From an uncultured delta proteobacterium (GTDB lineage Bacteria; Myxococcota_A; Polyangia; Polyangiales; Polyangiaceae): a stretch of DNA of 64,000 bases. The translations under genes were made by a program, and so were the position numbers. Of the stretch, positions 39,851-49,373 are shown in pieces (the stretch's first letter is position 1; every line of letters begins with the position of its first letter). The stretch lies in assembly GCA_963716725.1 (NCBI GenBank), contig CAVQUB010000002.1, forward strand, positions 384,001-448,000, given 5' to 3'. Below the pieces are notes generated by a model. The model ran no database searches, was not told where the DNA came from, and was given only the letters and a program-made list of their open reading frames with translations.

Positions 39851-42718
39851 CTATCCGGACGCGACTGGAGCAACGCAGTGGGTGAGCATCAGTTCGTAGA
39901 CGACTCGGCGCACCACGTCGGGATCGTGTCCCAACTCCAGAAGATCCGGAACCGAGAGCGGGGCGTCGGAAATTGCGACTGCCACGGCCAGCTCCGGCTG
40001 CTCGAAATGGAAGCTCACCAGATCGGCCTCGGCGTGGAGCCGCAGCGCAGCGCCGCCGAGCCGCACCAGCAGCTGATCCATGGCGTTCTCTTCGGGGTGC
40101 TCGCGCAGCCCCCTCGACAGCGCCCCGAGGGGCGACGTCACCCCGCCCACCTCGCCCCAAATCGGCTTCAGCAAGTCGAAGCCGTTGTAGAAAGCGTAGC
40201 GGGTCGCGGGCGGGAGGCCGAACAGGCTGCTCAGTCGCTCGGCGACCTGCTCGTTTCGCACCTCCGCGATTTGCTCCAGGCGAACCAACCCGGACGCCAA
40301 GAGCTCCGCCTCGAGGGTCGCTTCATGGGTCGGCGGCTGAGTGATCGGATCGCCTTCTAGCTGGGTCTGTTCGAGCACGCCAAACGCCACCAGCATCGAA
40401 CCAAGCGACGCAATTCGTTTGCCGGTATGGACCTTGGTGGGCAGCCCATCTTCGAAGTACACGGCATGCTCGACCGGCTCGTCGCCCTCGTCGTCGCAGG
40501 GTTCGGTCAGGTGCAGAGTGCCTCCGAGTGCGCGGTCCAACACGTAGAGAAAGACGTTCGAGAACGGCGTGCGCTCGAGCGATCCGCTGGCGCTCGGCGC
40601 GTGAGTCGAGTCTGCCGCGTCAGCGCCGACCTCTGGGAGCGGCGGCAGCGTGGCGGGCGCGCGGCGCCAATGCGAAGACGGGTCGGAGGGATCGGCTGCC
40701 ACCAGCTCGGCCTCGTCGGGGATCAGCTCTTCGAGTTCGTCGAGCGGGACGCTGGACGGACGTCGGGAGAGCCGCTGACTCATCCTGCGCGGCGGCGCGC
40801 CCGAGGTTGACCTCGTGACGGGCGCCGGCTGCGTGACGGGCGCCGGCTGCGTGACGGGTGCCGGCTGCGTGACGGGCGCCGGCTGCGTGACGGGCGCCGA
40901 CGGAGTCGGGAGCCGCTCGTCGTCCCAGTCGTCCGAGCGGGGATCGCGCCGCGTCGCCGGGGCTTCGACCACATCGACGATGGACGCTCGGGCGCGCCTG
41001 GCAGGGGCGGTCGCTGACGACGGCGGGGCCGAGTCCGGCACCGAGTCAGCCCCTTCTGGCGGGGCGGGAGTGACCTCGAGGCGCTGCGCCGACGGCGCTC
41101 TCGGTCGCGCGGTCTCGCGGTCGAAGTCCACCTCTGGCGCCGACGGCGCTCGCGCACCAGCAGGTAGCGGCTCGCTCACACGGGCCAACGACGCCCTCCG
41201 AGAGTCAGTGCTCGACGAAGGAGGCGACTCGGCCTGCCTCGCACCCGGCAATGCTTCGCCGGCGACGGCTCGACAGGCCTCGAGCAAGGTCGCGTCCGGA
41301 TTGGTGATCACCCGGACGACTCGCCGGTTTTCATCGCCCGCGAGGTCGAGAGCCACCTTCATCCGAAGCGGCTTGCCCGCCGCGTCGTAGACCAGACGCA
41401 CGGTGGGCCGCGGGTAGTCCGCGGGGTGGTCCGGCGTGCGCAGAACCACCGCGCTCTCGCCCGTCGAGAGCGCCACCGGCGTGCCGCGAGGAAAGACTCC
41501 GACCGCTGCGATCAACAGGGCGATCATCGCCTGATCGACGGCGTCACGAGCTTCGTCTCTCATGGTCGCGATGGCGTCGTCCACGGTCGGCGGCTGGCTC
41601 GCCGCCAGATCCGCCTCCATCAGTTGGTTGAATCGCTGCGCGGTCGCGACGATGCGCGCGGCGACCATCGGTCGATACTGCCCGTCGTACATCGGGCCCA
41701 GCTCTGCTGCTTGGCGCAGCCATTGAGCCTCGTAAGCGATCACGGTCCGCACCCTGGATGCCTCCCGGACGTGCCCTAGCGCGGTGAGTACTGCGGCGGT
41801 GGCGGCGGGCAACCGCTGCCGGGCAGCGTCCGTCATCCGAGCCGCACGGAGCTCGCCGCCCTTGCCCGCGACGCCCGTGACGAGCGGGGTCGCTACGTCC
41901 AGGAACAGCGCTGACATCGCAATGCGGGACAGAGTTGCGAGATCGGTGGTCAGCTGTCGGCCCATCGACACCGCCAGGATCGAGCGGTTCACCGAGCGCC
42001 CGGCCGCGTCGTGGTTGAGGTTGCGCATGGCGGTGACGCCCAAGAACGCCGGCGTGTCACCCTCCGAGAGCATCACCAACCGTTGCGCCAGACGCTTCAC
42101 TTGATTGGGGAGCTGATAGCGGGCTTCGCCCAGGTTCTCGTAGACGCGTCGCATCACCACCACCGTGGTGGCGTAAGTCCGGAGGATTTGATCTTCCGGA
42201 GACATGTCTTGATCGTTCTCGTCGAGGCGCGCTGCGCTCACGTAGCGGAGGCGAACGGCGGGCGAGGGATCGAGCACGCCATGCTCGGCTTTGGTCTTCA
42301 TCGGCGGCTGAAACAGCCTCGCCAACTCTCTCAGGTCAGCGCGCTCGGCATGCGTCTGGATGCTGAGCTGAGTCACTCCCAGCCGGTGGACCATGGCGCT
42401 CAACTCGAGCGCAGCTTCGTACTCCGACCTGGACGCTTTGAGCAGCTGGCCGCAAACGAAGACGGTGCTTTTCGCAAACAGCAGGGTGAGCGGTTCGCCG
42501 CTTTGCGCTCCGAAGACCTTCAGCGCCTCCACCGTCTGGTCGAGTTGCTGCAAGAACGCCATGTTGTCGAGCGCGTGAAATTGAGCGACTTTCAGCAGTC
42601 GGAAAATCTGCCGAGCCAGCGCCGAGCCGAGCTCGCGAGTCTGCTGCCGTTGGGCCAGCTCGGCCACGTTCCTCAGCACCAGCTGAGACGGCTCTAGCGG
42701 CAGGCCCTGCGAGTTCAT
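39851..42718 (-). CDS. degenerate HD-GYP-like protein with a Pro/Thr-rich linker and C-terminal DUF4388-like domain
   Basis: HD-GYP scaffold (RSVN..ILAVSMGR.L, ALFLDVA, ARIVATAQ.F, GVFP.GT.V.LSTGE..VV) with the His/Asp ligands replaced; C-terminal SGSLERTPF..GTLHL..VYFEDGLP. Confidence 0.75.
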   Translation of the reverse strand: MNSQGLPLEPSQLVLRNVAELAQRQQTRELGSALARQIFRLLKVAQFHALDNMAFLQQLDQTVEALKVFGAQSGEPLTLLFAKSTVFVCGQLLKASRSEYEAALELSAMVHRLGVTQLSIQTHAERADLRELARLFQPPMKTKAEHGVLDPSPAVRLRYVSAARLDENDQDMSPEDQILRTYATTVVVMRRVYENLGEARYQLPNQVKRLAQRLVMLSEGDTPAFLGVTAMRNLNHDAAGRSVNRSILAVSMGRQLTTDLATLSRIAMSALFLDVATPLVTGVAGKGGELRAARMTDAARQRLPAATAAVLTALGHVREASRVRTVIAYEAQWLRQAAELGPMYDGQYRPMVAARIVATAQRFNQLMEADLAASQPPTVDDAIATMRDEARDAVDQAMIALLIAAVGVFPRGTPVALSTGESAVVLRTPDHPADYPRPTVRLVYDAAGKPLRMKVALDLAGDENRRVVRVITNPDATLLEACRAVAGEALPGARQAESPPSSSTDSRRASLARVSEPLPAGARAPSAPEVDFDRETARPRAPSAQRLEVTPAPPEGADSVPDSAPPSSATAPARRARASIVDVVEAPATRRDPRSDDWDDERLPTPSAPVTQPAPVTQPAPVTQPAPVTQPAPVTRSTSGAPPRRMSQRLSRRPSSVPLDELEELIPDEAELVAADPSDPSSHWRRAPATLPPLPEVGADAADSTHAPSASGSLERTPFSNVFLYVLDRALGGTLHLTEPCDDEGDEPVEHAVYFEDGLPTKVHTGKRIASLGSMLVAFGVLEQTQLEGDPITQPPTHEATLEAELLASGLVRLEQIAEVRNEQVAERLSSLFGLPPATRYAFYNGFDLLKPIWGEVGGVTSPLGALSRGLREHPEENAMDQLLVRLGGAALRLHAEADLVSFHFEQPELAVAVAISDAPLSVPDLLELGHDPDVVRRVVYELMLTHCVAPVASG
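40815..40899. repeat. 18-bp tandem repeat, about 4.7 copies, encoding (PAPVTQ)n
   Basis: GTGACGGGCGCCGGCTGC units, one with a single mismatch. Confidence 0.95.
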
Positions 42719-45462
42719 CGCCATCCCAACCGCCGCTTCATGGACGCAGCCGCCTGCGCCGCGATGTCGCGCACCTCTTGGGAGTTGGACCACTTATCGC
42801 CGGCTTTCTCCAACTCGGCGGCCACCTCCCGGCTCTCGCTGAGGCGGTCCAGCAAGTGGATTGCGATGATGCGCGTGTCGTCCACCGACTCCCGGGTGAG
42901 TATGCCAGCCTTCATCGCCAGGTCCTTGGCCAGGCTCTCGGCCCGCATCGGCGACAACTCCCAGAGGGTCTCGAGCGCGAGTTGCCGCTCGTCGTGAGGC
43001 AACCGGTGAAAGGCCGCATCGCTGATCAACTGCACTAAAGTCGGACCGGCCTCTTTGACTTTGTGCCGGGCCATCGTGCGCAGCACGGCCATCCTCACTC
43101 CCTGATCGCGGTCCGCCAGCAAGCGAGAGAGTTCGTCGCGGAGCCCCTCGGCGGAGGTCTTGGCGCGCAGCGCGACGGCTTCCACTCGCAACTCCGGGAA
43201 GACGTTGGACTCCGCGGCCTTGAGCGCTCGGCCGGCGGCCTCGGTGCCAAGCCGGCCGAGCAGGCCCAAGATCGCCTTGCCGCGGGTCAGATCGGCCTCG
43301 GCGAGCAGCGCACCGATCTGCTCTTCGCGCCCCACTGCGTGCAACTCGAGATAGCGAAGCAAGACATCTCGCACGGCGTCGACTTCGGCCCGCGCGAGCG
43401 CCTCGAGCACCGAATCAAAGGCATCGGCGCTCGCCGTGTCCAGCAACACGGCGAGCATCGGCGCACACCGCTCGACGGCTGCGCGCTCTCGCTCCGGCAC
43501 GGCCCGGGCCAGCTCCTTCAGCACTAGCCCCAGCGTATTTGCATCGAGCACCTGCGCAGCCAGCTCTGCCCGCGCGGCAGGCCCCGAGCGAGGCACGAGC
43601 TGGGCGAGGACTTCCAGGGTCCGGCGTAGCGCCACCTCCAGAGTCTGACCGGCGGCCGCTTCGTGCAGGCCGACCTGGAGCGGGACCGAGACCAGGGCCA
43701 AATTCCCGTGTGTGATGGCGTCGCCAGCGGCGTGGGCCAGCACCTTGACGTAGCGCGCCTCCCACTCCGTCTCGGGCATGTTCAGCGCGGCCGCGATCAT
43801 CGAGCGAGCTCGCTCGTCGAGGGCGGCCGCACCCGCCGAGCGCACGGCACGCAGCGCCACCTGGTGCGCGGCGATCATCGCCGCGCGCTCCTCGAGCGAC
43901 ATCGGCTCGGTTTCGAGTTCGTTGCCACCGCTCTGCTTGCGATTCGATGTCGCGACGACGTCTTTGCCTTTGTCCATCAGGTCGTCGTACTCGCGGTCGG
44001 CCTCGTCGGAAGAGCCCACCGTCAAGAACGAGCTCACGACCTGGTACTGGACGTGCTCGAGCTGCTTTTCCCAGAAGGCCGTGGCCAAGTCGTCCTCGGG
44101 TGAGAAGTCCCGCAGCGGGTCGCGTCGCATCAGGTCGAGCAGCGTCACGACTTCGTCCAGGGTGACCCCTGCCGTCACCGAGAACTCGCGGAAGCCGCTG
44201 GCGAAGAGGTTGTATGGGATCTCATCGAAGGGATGCAGCGGCTCCCAGAGCACCGCGCCCTTCAGCGTGAATGAATGAGGCTTCACGTCCCAGTGGAGGA
44301 CGGCGGGCTCCCGAGCGAGGTACGCGCCGATCACCTCGTGAATCGACTGCATGTGCCCCTGCACGACCTTGTGGTCCGAGGTGTACTGGCGCACGGCGTT
44401 CAAGCCCCGCTCGACACGCACGAAAATCTCCTGGATTTCCTTGACCGTCGCCTGCTCCTCCGGCGAAAGCTCGCGGTCGTCGCCAGCGGCCTCGCCGGAC
44501 GCCGCCAGCGCCGTCAGGAGCTGAGCCTTCCCCTGAGGTCGCTGTGGCTCCGGGACCGCGGCCGGCGATCCCCGGAGCACGTCGAGCACCGACGCAATGG
44601 CAGCGCGCATCTCTGCGGCATCCTGGAAGCGGTTCCTCGGATCCCATTGCAGCGCTCGGTCGATCAGCGCCACCACCTCGGGCGCGAGGTGGGGGGCGAT
44701 CTTCGCGACCGAGGACGCGGGTTGGGTGGCCGCAAGCACGAAGGCTTCCTGGTTCGAGCGCCCCTCGTGCAAGCGCTGGCCGGTGATGGTGGTGTGCAGC
44801 ACCGCGCCCACGGCGAAGATGTCGGTGCGTCCGTCGATCCGGTCGGTCGATCCCAGCGCCTGCTCCGGCGCCATGTAGGCGGGAGTGCCCAGCGCGGTTC
44901 CCGCCAGGGTCGGGTCCACGCCGGCCTCGCGCTTTCGAGCGACGCCGAAGTCGAGGACCTTCACCATGCCTTCGTGGGTGATGAAGATGTTCGCGGGCTT
45001 CAGGTCCCGATGGACGATGCCGAGGCCGTGGCAGGCAGAAAGGAAGTCCAGCACGCAGTCGGCGACCTCCAGCGCGTACTCGACGTCCAGAACGCGGTTC
45101 TGCTTCTTCCAGAGTTTGTCCAGGGTCGCGCCCTGCAGGAGCTCCATCACGAAGTAGGGGTCGTTGTCCTCGCTGACGCCCTCGTCGTAGACGTGCACTC
45201 GGCCCGGGTGCTCGACGGCCTGCGTCAAATGCGCTTCACGGACGAAGCGCTGCCGCACTCCCTCGTTGGTCGAATAGGCGCTGTGCAGTACTTTGACCGC
45301 GACCGGCGTGTCGCCCTCGTCTCGGCTGGAGTACACGGCCGCCATCCCGCCCATACCGATCAACCGCTCGATCGGCCAGCGTCCAGCCAGCGTGCTGCCG
45401 AGTCGCCGTTTGGCGAGGCTGATTTCGTCTTGCGCGGAAGGGTCTGCCACTGCGCTGCCCAC
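42715..45462 (-). CDS. Ser/Thr kinase fused to a HEAT-repeat protein
   Basis: IGMGGMA, HRDLKPAN, DFG and GTPAYMAPE motifs; central alpha/beta domain (PYNLFASG.R, DDLATAFWE); C-terminal HEAT-like helices; no TM segment. Confidence 0.88.
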   Translation of the reverse strand: MGSAVADPSAQDEISLAKRRLGSTLAGRWPIERLIGMGGMAAVYSSRDEGDTPVAVKVLHSAYSTNEGVRQRFVREAHLTQAVEHPGRVHVYDEGVSEDNDPYFVMELLQGATLDKLWKKQNRVLDVEYALEVADCVLDFLSACHGLGIVHRDLKPANIFITHEGMVKVLDFGVARKREAGVDPTLAGTALGTPAYMAPEQALGSTDRIDGRTDIFAVGAVLHTTITGQRLHEGRSNQEAFVLAATQPASSVAKIAPHLAPEVVALIDRALQWDPRNRFQDAAEMRAAIASVLDVLRGSPAAVPEPQRPQGKAQLLTALAASGEAAGDDRELSPEEQATVKEIQEIFVRVERGLNAVRQYTSDHKVVQGHMQSIHEVIGAYLAREPAVLHWDVKPHSFTLKGAVLWEPLHPFDEIPYNLFASGFREFSVTAGVTLDEVVTLLDLMRRDPLRDFSPEDDLATAFWEKQLEHVQYQVVSSFLTVGSSDEADREYDDLMDKGKDVVATSNRKQSGGNELETEPMSLEERAAMIAAHQVALRAVRSAGAAALDERARSMIAAALNMPETEWEARYVKVLAHAAGDAITHGNLALVSVPLQVGLHEAAAGQTLEVALRRTLEVLAQLVPRSGPAARAELAAQVLDANTLGLVLKELARAVPERERAAVERCAPMLAVLLDTASADAFDSVLEALARAEVDAVRDVLLRYLELHAVGREEQIGALLAEADLTRGKAILGLLGRLGTEAAGRALKAAESNVFPELRVEAVALRAKTSAEGLRDELSRLLADRDQGVRMAVLRTMARHKVKEAGPTLVQLISDAAFHRLPHDERQLALETLWELSPMRAESLAKDLAMKAGILTRESVDDTRIIAIHLLDRLSESREVAAELEKAGDKWSNSQEVRDIAAQAAASMKRRLGWR

Positions 45463-45543
45463 CCAGCATCATAATGGAAACCCGCCGCCCGCGCCGACGC
45501 TTCTCAGGGAAAAAGCACGGCAATTTCCCGGTCGCTGGCCGCG

Positions 45544-47637
45544 TCAGCGCTTGTCGGCCAGAGCGGCCGGCGGCTTCTTCTCCAAGCTGAGCTCCGCCAG
45601 GCGATCCGCCAGCGCGATCTTGCCGGTCATCAGCTTGCTCTTCAGGTCCGTGACTTCGATGGTCGTCTTCTGAAGCCGCTCGCTGATCTCCTCCATCTTC
45701 TTTGCCAGGTGGCGGCTGAGTTTGTCCGCCGTCTGTACTCGCCGAAGCGTGACGAGTTGCAAGTGGATTTCGTCCACGCGCTCACGGTAGGTCGCCATCT
45801 GCGACTCCAGGTTCACGACGCGCTCACGGTTATCCACCAGGTCCTCGTGCAGACGAACCACCTCGTCGAGCTGCTTCTGGAGCTCAGGCTGGACGGTCTT
45901 GTGCTTGGTGAGGAAGAGCGCGAGGGTCTCGACCCCCGAGTCGGTGTTGATGTCGATGGTCTTCTCGAGCGGCTGACTCTCTTCGATCACCAGTTCGAGG
46001 GCGCCACGCGCCGGAACCGTCACCGGAAAGAGGTGAGCTCCCCGAAGTTTCTCCGCTTTGACCTTCGAGTCGCGGAGCTTCCAGCCTCGAGGCACTGCGT
46101 GGCGAACCCAAACCTTCGCCGCGGAGTCGCCCCGGTTGACCAGCGCGAGCTTGGTGCGCCGGACGGTCTGCGCCTCGGTCTTCACGATGCCACGTTGGAT
46201 GGTGACCAGCCGGTCAATCTCCTCCCGCGTATCCACCACCGGCTCGACCAAGAGCTGCCGATCGAGGGCGAAGGGAATGAATGCAGTGGTCTTCGGTGGG
46301 ATGGGCTCACTGAGTCCCTCGCCCAAGAACTCCCCTTGGGCGTAGACGGTGAACGGGCCGGATTCGAGGGTATGCGCGCTGGGGTTTTCGAGGCGCACGG
46401 CGCGAAACGCAAAGCGTTTGGAGCCCCGCGACGACACCGGGTCGTAGTAGTAGACCTGCTCACCGCGGGTCGTGACGCTCAGCATGTTGAGCAGCGCGGA
46501 GCGGTCCTTCTTGATGCTGAGGGGCGTCGGCGCGATGAACAGCGCGCTGCCAATGGGCTCGCTGGCGGCGCCGGCAGTGTTCCCGGTCTTCGCCTGTTCG
46601 GGCTTGGCTTTCTCCTGAGTGGCCACCAGTCGCACACCGTCCCGGTCCGAAGTCTTGCCGGTCGCGAAGACCTCGATCTGCGACTCTGGAACGCCATTGG
46701 CGACCAACGCTTCCTTCACGGCGTTGGCACGACCCAGCGACGCCTGCTTCTGATCACTCTCACCGGGCTTGGCGTAGCCCTCGACGCGAATGCGTTGCCC
46801 GCTCGATCGCAACCTCGTCGCGAGGCTCACGACTTTGCCGCCGCTGCCGGGGTCTGCGCCGCGGAAGTCCAACGCTCGCTTCATCTTCGCGGGCGAGGTG
46901 CCCTTCGCCGCCGATTTTCGCCCGGAGAGGTTCGCGGACTGGGGCACGACGGGCACTGCGCCGCGGTTCGCAAGCGCTTCGACCTCATCGAGCGCGAGGT
47001 TGCCGACAACGGCCACCTCCCCGCCGGCCACCGCATAGGGCGAACCGCCGGTGGGCGGGGCTAGCGCGACAGCCGGACCCTCGTTGAGCGTCTCGCGCTC
47101 GACGTAACGCACACTGTGCAGGTCGTATTTGAAGGACAATGCCGAGGTGCTGCCGACGCCGACCGTGACGCGTTCCCAGTCTTCCCCCGACACGTTGTCG
47201 ACCACGGCCCAGGCCTCGAGCTTGGCTCGCCCGTCCTTGGCGAGCTCCACGCGGTAGCTCGGCTTCCAGGCCGGGCTCTCGGTCACGTAGGTGATGGCGA
47301 TCTCTCGGGAGACGTCCTTGGGCAGCTCGATACCGAGCTCGACCATGTCGCCGTGCCGGACCAGGGTCGGGAACGAGATCGGCAGCGACTTTCCGCTCTT
47401 CACGTCACGGAGCCGCAAGGACTTCAAGAAATCGTCGACGCGCTCGGCCGGGACGTTCAGCACCAACTTGCCATCGACCACCGTCGCGTGACGCTCGAAG
47501 TACGCCACGCCGCTGCGGTAGATGATCACGCGCCCGAGCTCGGCGTCGGTCTTCACCGGACGCCCGGATAGGCTGGCTGAGCAGCCGACGCTCGTCATGG
47601 CCAGCAGCAACAGAGCAAAAGTTCGACTTCGAAGCAT
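45544..47637 (-). CDS. DUF4139/DUF4140-type lipoprotein with an inserted OmpA-like domain
   Basis: Lipobox SVGC; RVIIYRSGVAYFE, YVTESPAWKPSYR and WAVVDNVSGEDW motifs; IRVEGY..S.GRANAVK.AL..GVP..I. Confidence 0.8.
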   Translation of the reverse strand: MLRSRTFALLLLAMTSVGCSASLSGRPVKTDAELGRVIIYRSGVAYFERHATVVDGKLVLNVPAERVDDFLKSLRLRDVKSGKSLPISFPTLVRHGDMVELGIELPKDVSREIAITYVTESPAWKPSYRVELAKDGRAKLEAWAVVDNVSGEDWERVTVGVGSTSALSFKYDLHSVRYVERETLNEGPAVALAPPTGGSPYAVAGGEVAVVGNLALDEVEALANRGAVPVVPQSANLSGRKSAAKGTSPAKMKRALDFRGADPGSGGKVVSLATRLRSSGQRIRVEGYAKPGESDQKQASLGRANAVKEALVANGVPESQIEVFATGKTSDRDGVRLVATQEKAKPEQAKTGNTAGAASEPIGSALFIAPTPLSIKKDRSALLNMLSVTTRGEQVYYYDPVSSRGSKRFAFRAVRLENPSAHTLESGPFTVYAQGEFLGEGLSEPIPPKTTAFIPFALDRQLLVEPVVDTREEIDRLVTIQRGIVKTEAQTVRRTKLALVNRGDSAAKVWVRHAVPRGWKLRDSKVKAEKLRGAHLFPVTVPARGALELVIEESQPLEKTIDINTDSGVETLALFLTKHKTVQPELQKQLDEVVRLHEDLVDNRERVVNLESQMATYRERVDEIHLQLVTLRRVQTADKLSRHLAKKMEEISERLQKTTIEVTDLKSKLMTGKIALADRLAELSLEKKPPAALADKR

Positions 47638-47767
47638 GGAATTCTCCCTGGGCGCCGCTCACCCGCGGGGCACCGGCGTACGACACCGAAACAAAGTTCG
47701 GCGTTGGGTACGCGCGGGCTTCGGATTCGATCTTGCCGCCCCCGCCTTTCGGAGCCATGACCGCGTC

Positions 47768-48193
47768 ATGCAGTTCCTGCACGCGATGGTCCGCGTCCGG
47801 GACCTGGACCAGGCCCTCGACTTCTTCGTCGGGGCCCTCGGGCTCCGGGAGCTTCGGCGCAGAGACCACGAACAAGGTCGTTTCACCTTGGTCTTTCTGA
47901 GTTCCGGCGCGCCGGGGGACGCGGCCGAGATCGAGCTGACCCACAACTGGGACCAGACCGAGCCCTACTCGGGCGGTCGGAATTTCGGGCACCTCGCGTT
48001 CCGCGTGGACGACATCTTCGCGACCTGCGAGCGCCTCGAGGCGCTGGGCGTCGACATTTTGCGCCCACCGCGGGACGGACACATGGCCTTCGTGCGCTCG
48101 CCGGATCAAATCTCGGTTGAGCTGCTCCAGCGGGGCGAACCGCTCAGCCCCCGCGAGCCCTGGGCCTCGCGCCCCAACCAGGGCGAGTGGTGA
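47768..48193 (+). CDS. gloA: lactoylglutathione lyase (glyoxalase I)
   Basis: FLHAMVRV.DL, IELTHNWD, NFGHLAF and MAFVRSPD..SVEL motifs. Confidence 0.92.
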   Translation: MQFLHAMVRVRDLDQALDFFVGALGLRELRRRDHEQGRFTLVFLSSGAPGDAAEIELTHNWDQTEPYSGGRNFGHLAFRVDDIFATCERLEALGVDILRPPRDGHMAFVRSPDQISVELLQRGEPLSPREPWASRPNQGEW

Positions 48194-48206
48194 GATTCGC
48201 GCTCCA

Positions 48207-49367
48207 GTGCCCACTGACGCCGCCGCCGCGCTGACGCCCGAGCCGCGCTACGCCTACCCGCTCGTCGATGCGCTGGTGAGGGCCGTCGCGGTCGCGCTCG
48301 AGGGATGGCGCGTGCTCGACTGGGACCTCGACCATGGCGTGTCGATGACCCTCCAGTCCTCCCATCGCCATTTGCTGATCGAGCTCTCGGCCCGCGACGA
48401 CGAGGTCGACTGCTTCGCTCGCACGACGCGCTTCAACCTGACCGCACGCGATCCCTTCTCGGAGCGCGATCCGCTCGACGCCGGCGCCCGCGCCGTGATC
48501 GACAAGGTCCTCGGCGCGCTGCTGCGGCACGAGCGGAGCCTACCCGAGGTTCCGCGGCAGGACGCCGGCAGCAGCCGCGCTAAGATCCGGCAGGTATCGG
48601 TCGAGCGTGCGCTCATCCGTGAAGGTCGCGGTCAGTACTACCTGAACCCCTACGTCGGCTGCACCATCGGCTGCAGCTTCTGCTTCGTCGAAGCGCAGGC
48701 CGACCTGTGTCGAGCCCTCGAGGGCCTCCCGCGCCTACCCTGGGGCCGCTGGGTCGATGTGAAGGCCAACCTAGTCGAGGTGCTGCGTCGCGAGGCAGCC
48801 TCGCTACCGCCGGGCATCGTCCGCATCAGCCCCATCGTCACCGACCCGTACCAGCCGCTCGAACGTCGGGAGCGGCTCACCCGACGCTGCCTCGAGGTCT
48901 TGCTCGAGCACGGCTTTTCCCCCTGCGTCCTGACGCGCGCCGCCCGCATGGCCGAGGATATCCCCCTGCTCTGCCAGTTCGAGCGGGCGTGGGTGGGCGT
49001 CTCGATCCCCACGGACGACGATCGAGTCCGCCACGCCTTCGAGCCCGGCGCAGACAGCCTCGACGCGCGGCTTTCGTGCCTCTCGGCATGCCGGGACGCA
49101 GGACTCGCCACCTTCGCCGTCGTTCAGCCGGTCTTGCCCATGAACCCCGCCGACCTGGTCCGCAAGTTGGCACCGCTGATCCGCGTGGTGCGGATCGATC
49201 GGCTGCATTGGGAGGAGCGCGTAAGACCCATCTACGAGCGCATGGGCTGGACGCACGCCCTCGACCCGAGTTGGATCGATGCCACGGAGCGCGAGCTCCG
49301 GGAAGGCTTCGCGCGGCACGGCGTCGAAATGCATCTTCTCGACGATCTCCGGGACATGTTCCGCTGA
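48207..49367 (+). CDS. radical SAM protein (spore photoproduct lyase-like) with an extra N-terminal domain
   Basis: LNPYVGCTIGCSFC, VTDPYQPLE..LTR..L and FEPGA..RL motifs; start uncertain. Confidence 0.85.
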   Translation: MPTDAAAALTPEPRYAYPLVDALVRAVAVALEGWRVLDWDLDHGVSMTLQSSHRHLLIELSARDDEVDCFARTTRFNLTARDPFSERDPLDAGARAVIDKVLGALLRHERSLPEVPRQDAGSSRAKIRQVSVERALIREGRGQYYLNPYVGCTIGCSFCFVEAQADLCRALEGLPRLPWGRWVDVKANLVEVLRREAASLPPGIVRISPIVTDPYQPLERRERLTRRCLEVLLEHGFSPCVLTRAARMAEDIPLLCQFERAWVGVSIPTDDDRVRHAFEPGADSLDARLSCLSACRDAGLATFAVVQPVLPMNPADLVRKLAPLIRVVRIDRLHWEERVRPIYERMGWTHALDPSWIDATERELREGFARHGVEMHLLDDLRDMFR

Positions 49368-49373
49368 TGCGCC

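Noticed and set aside
40815..40899. CRISPR-like array
   Set aside because: Contiguous in-frame 18-mers without spacers; encodes a protein linker; no cas genes
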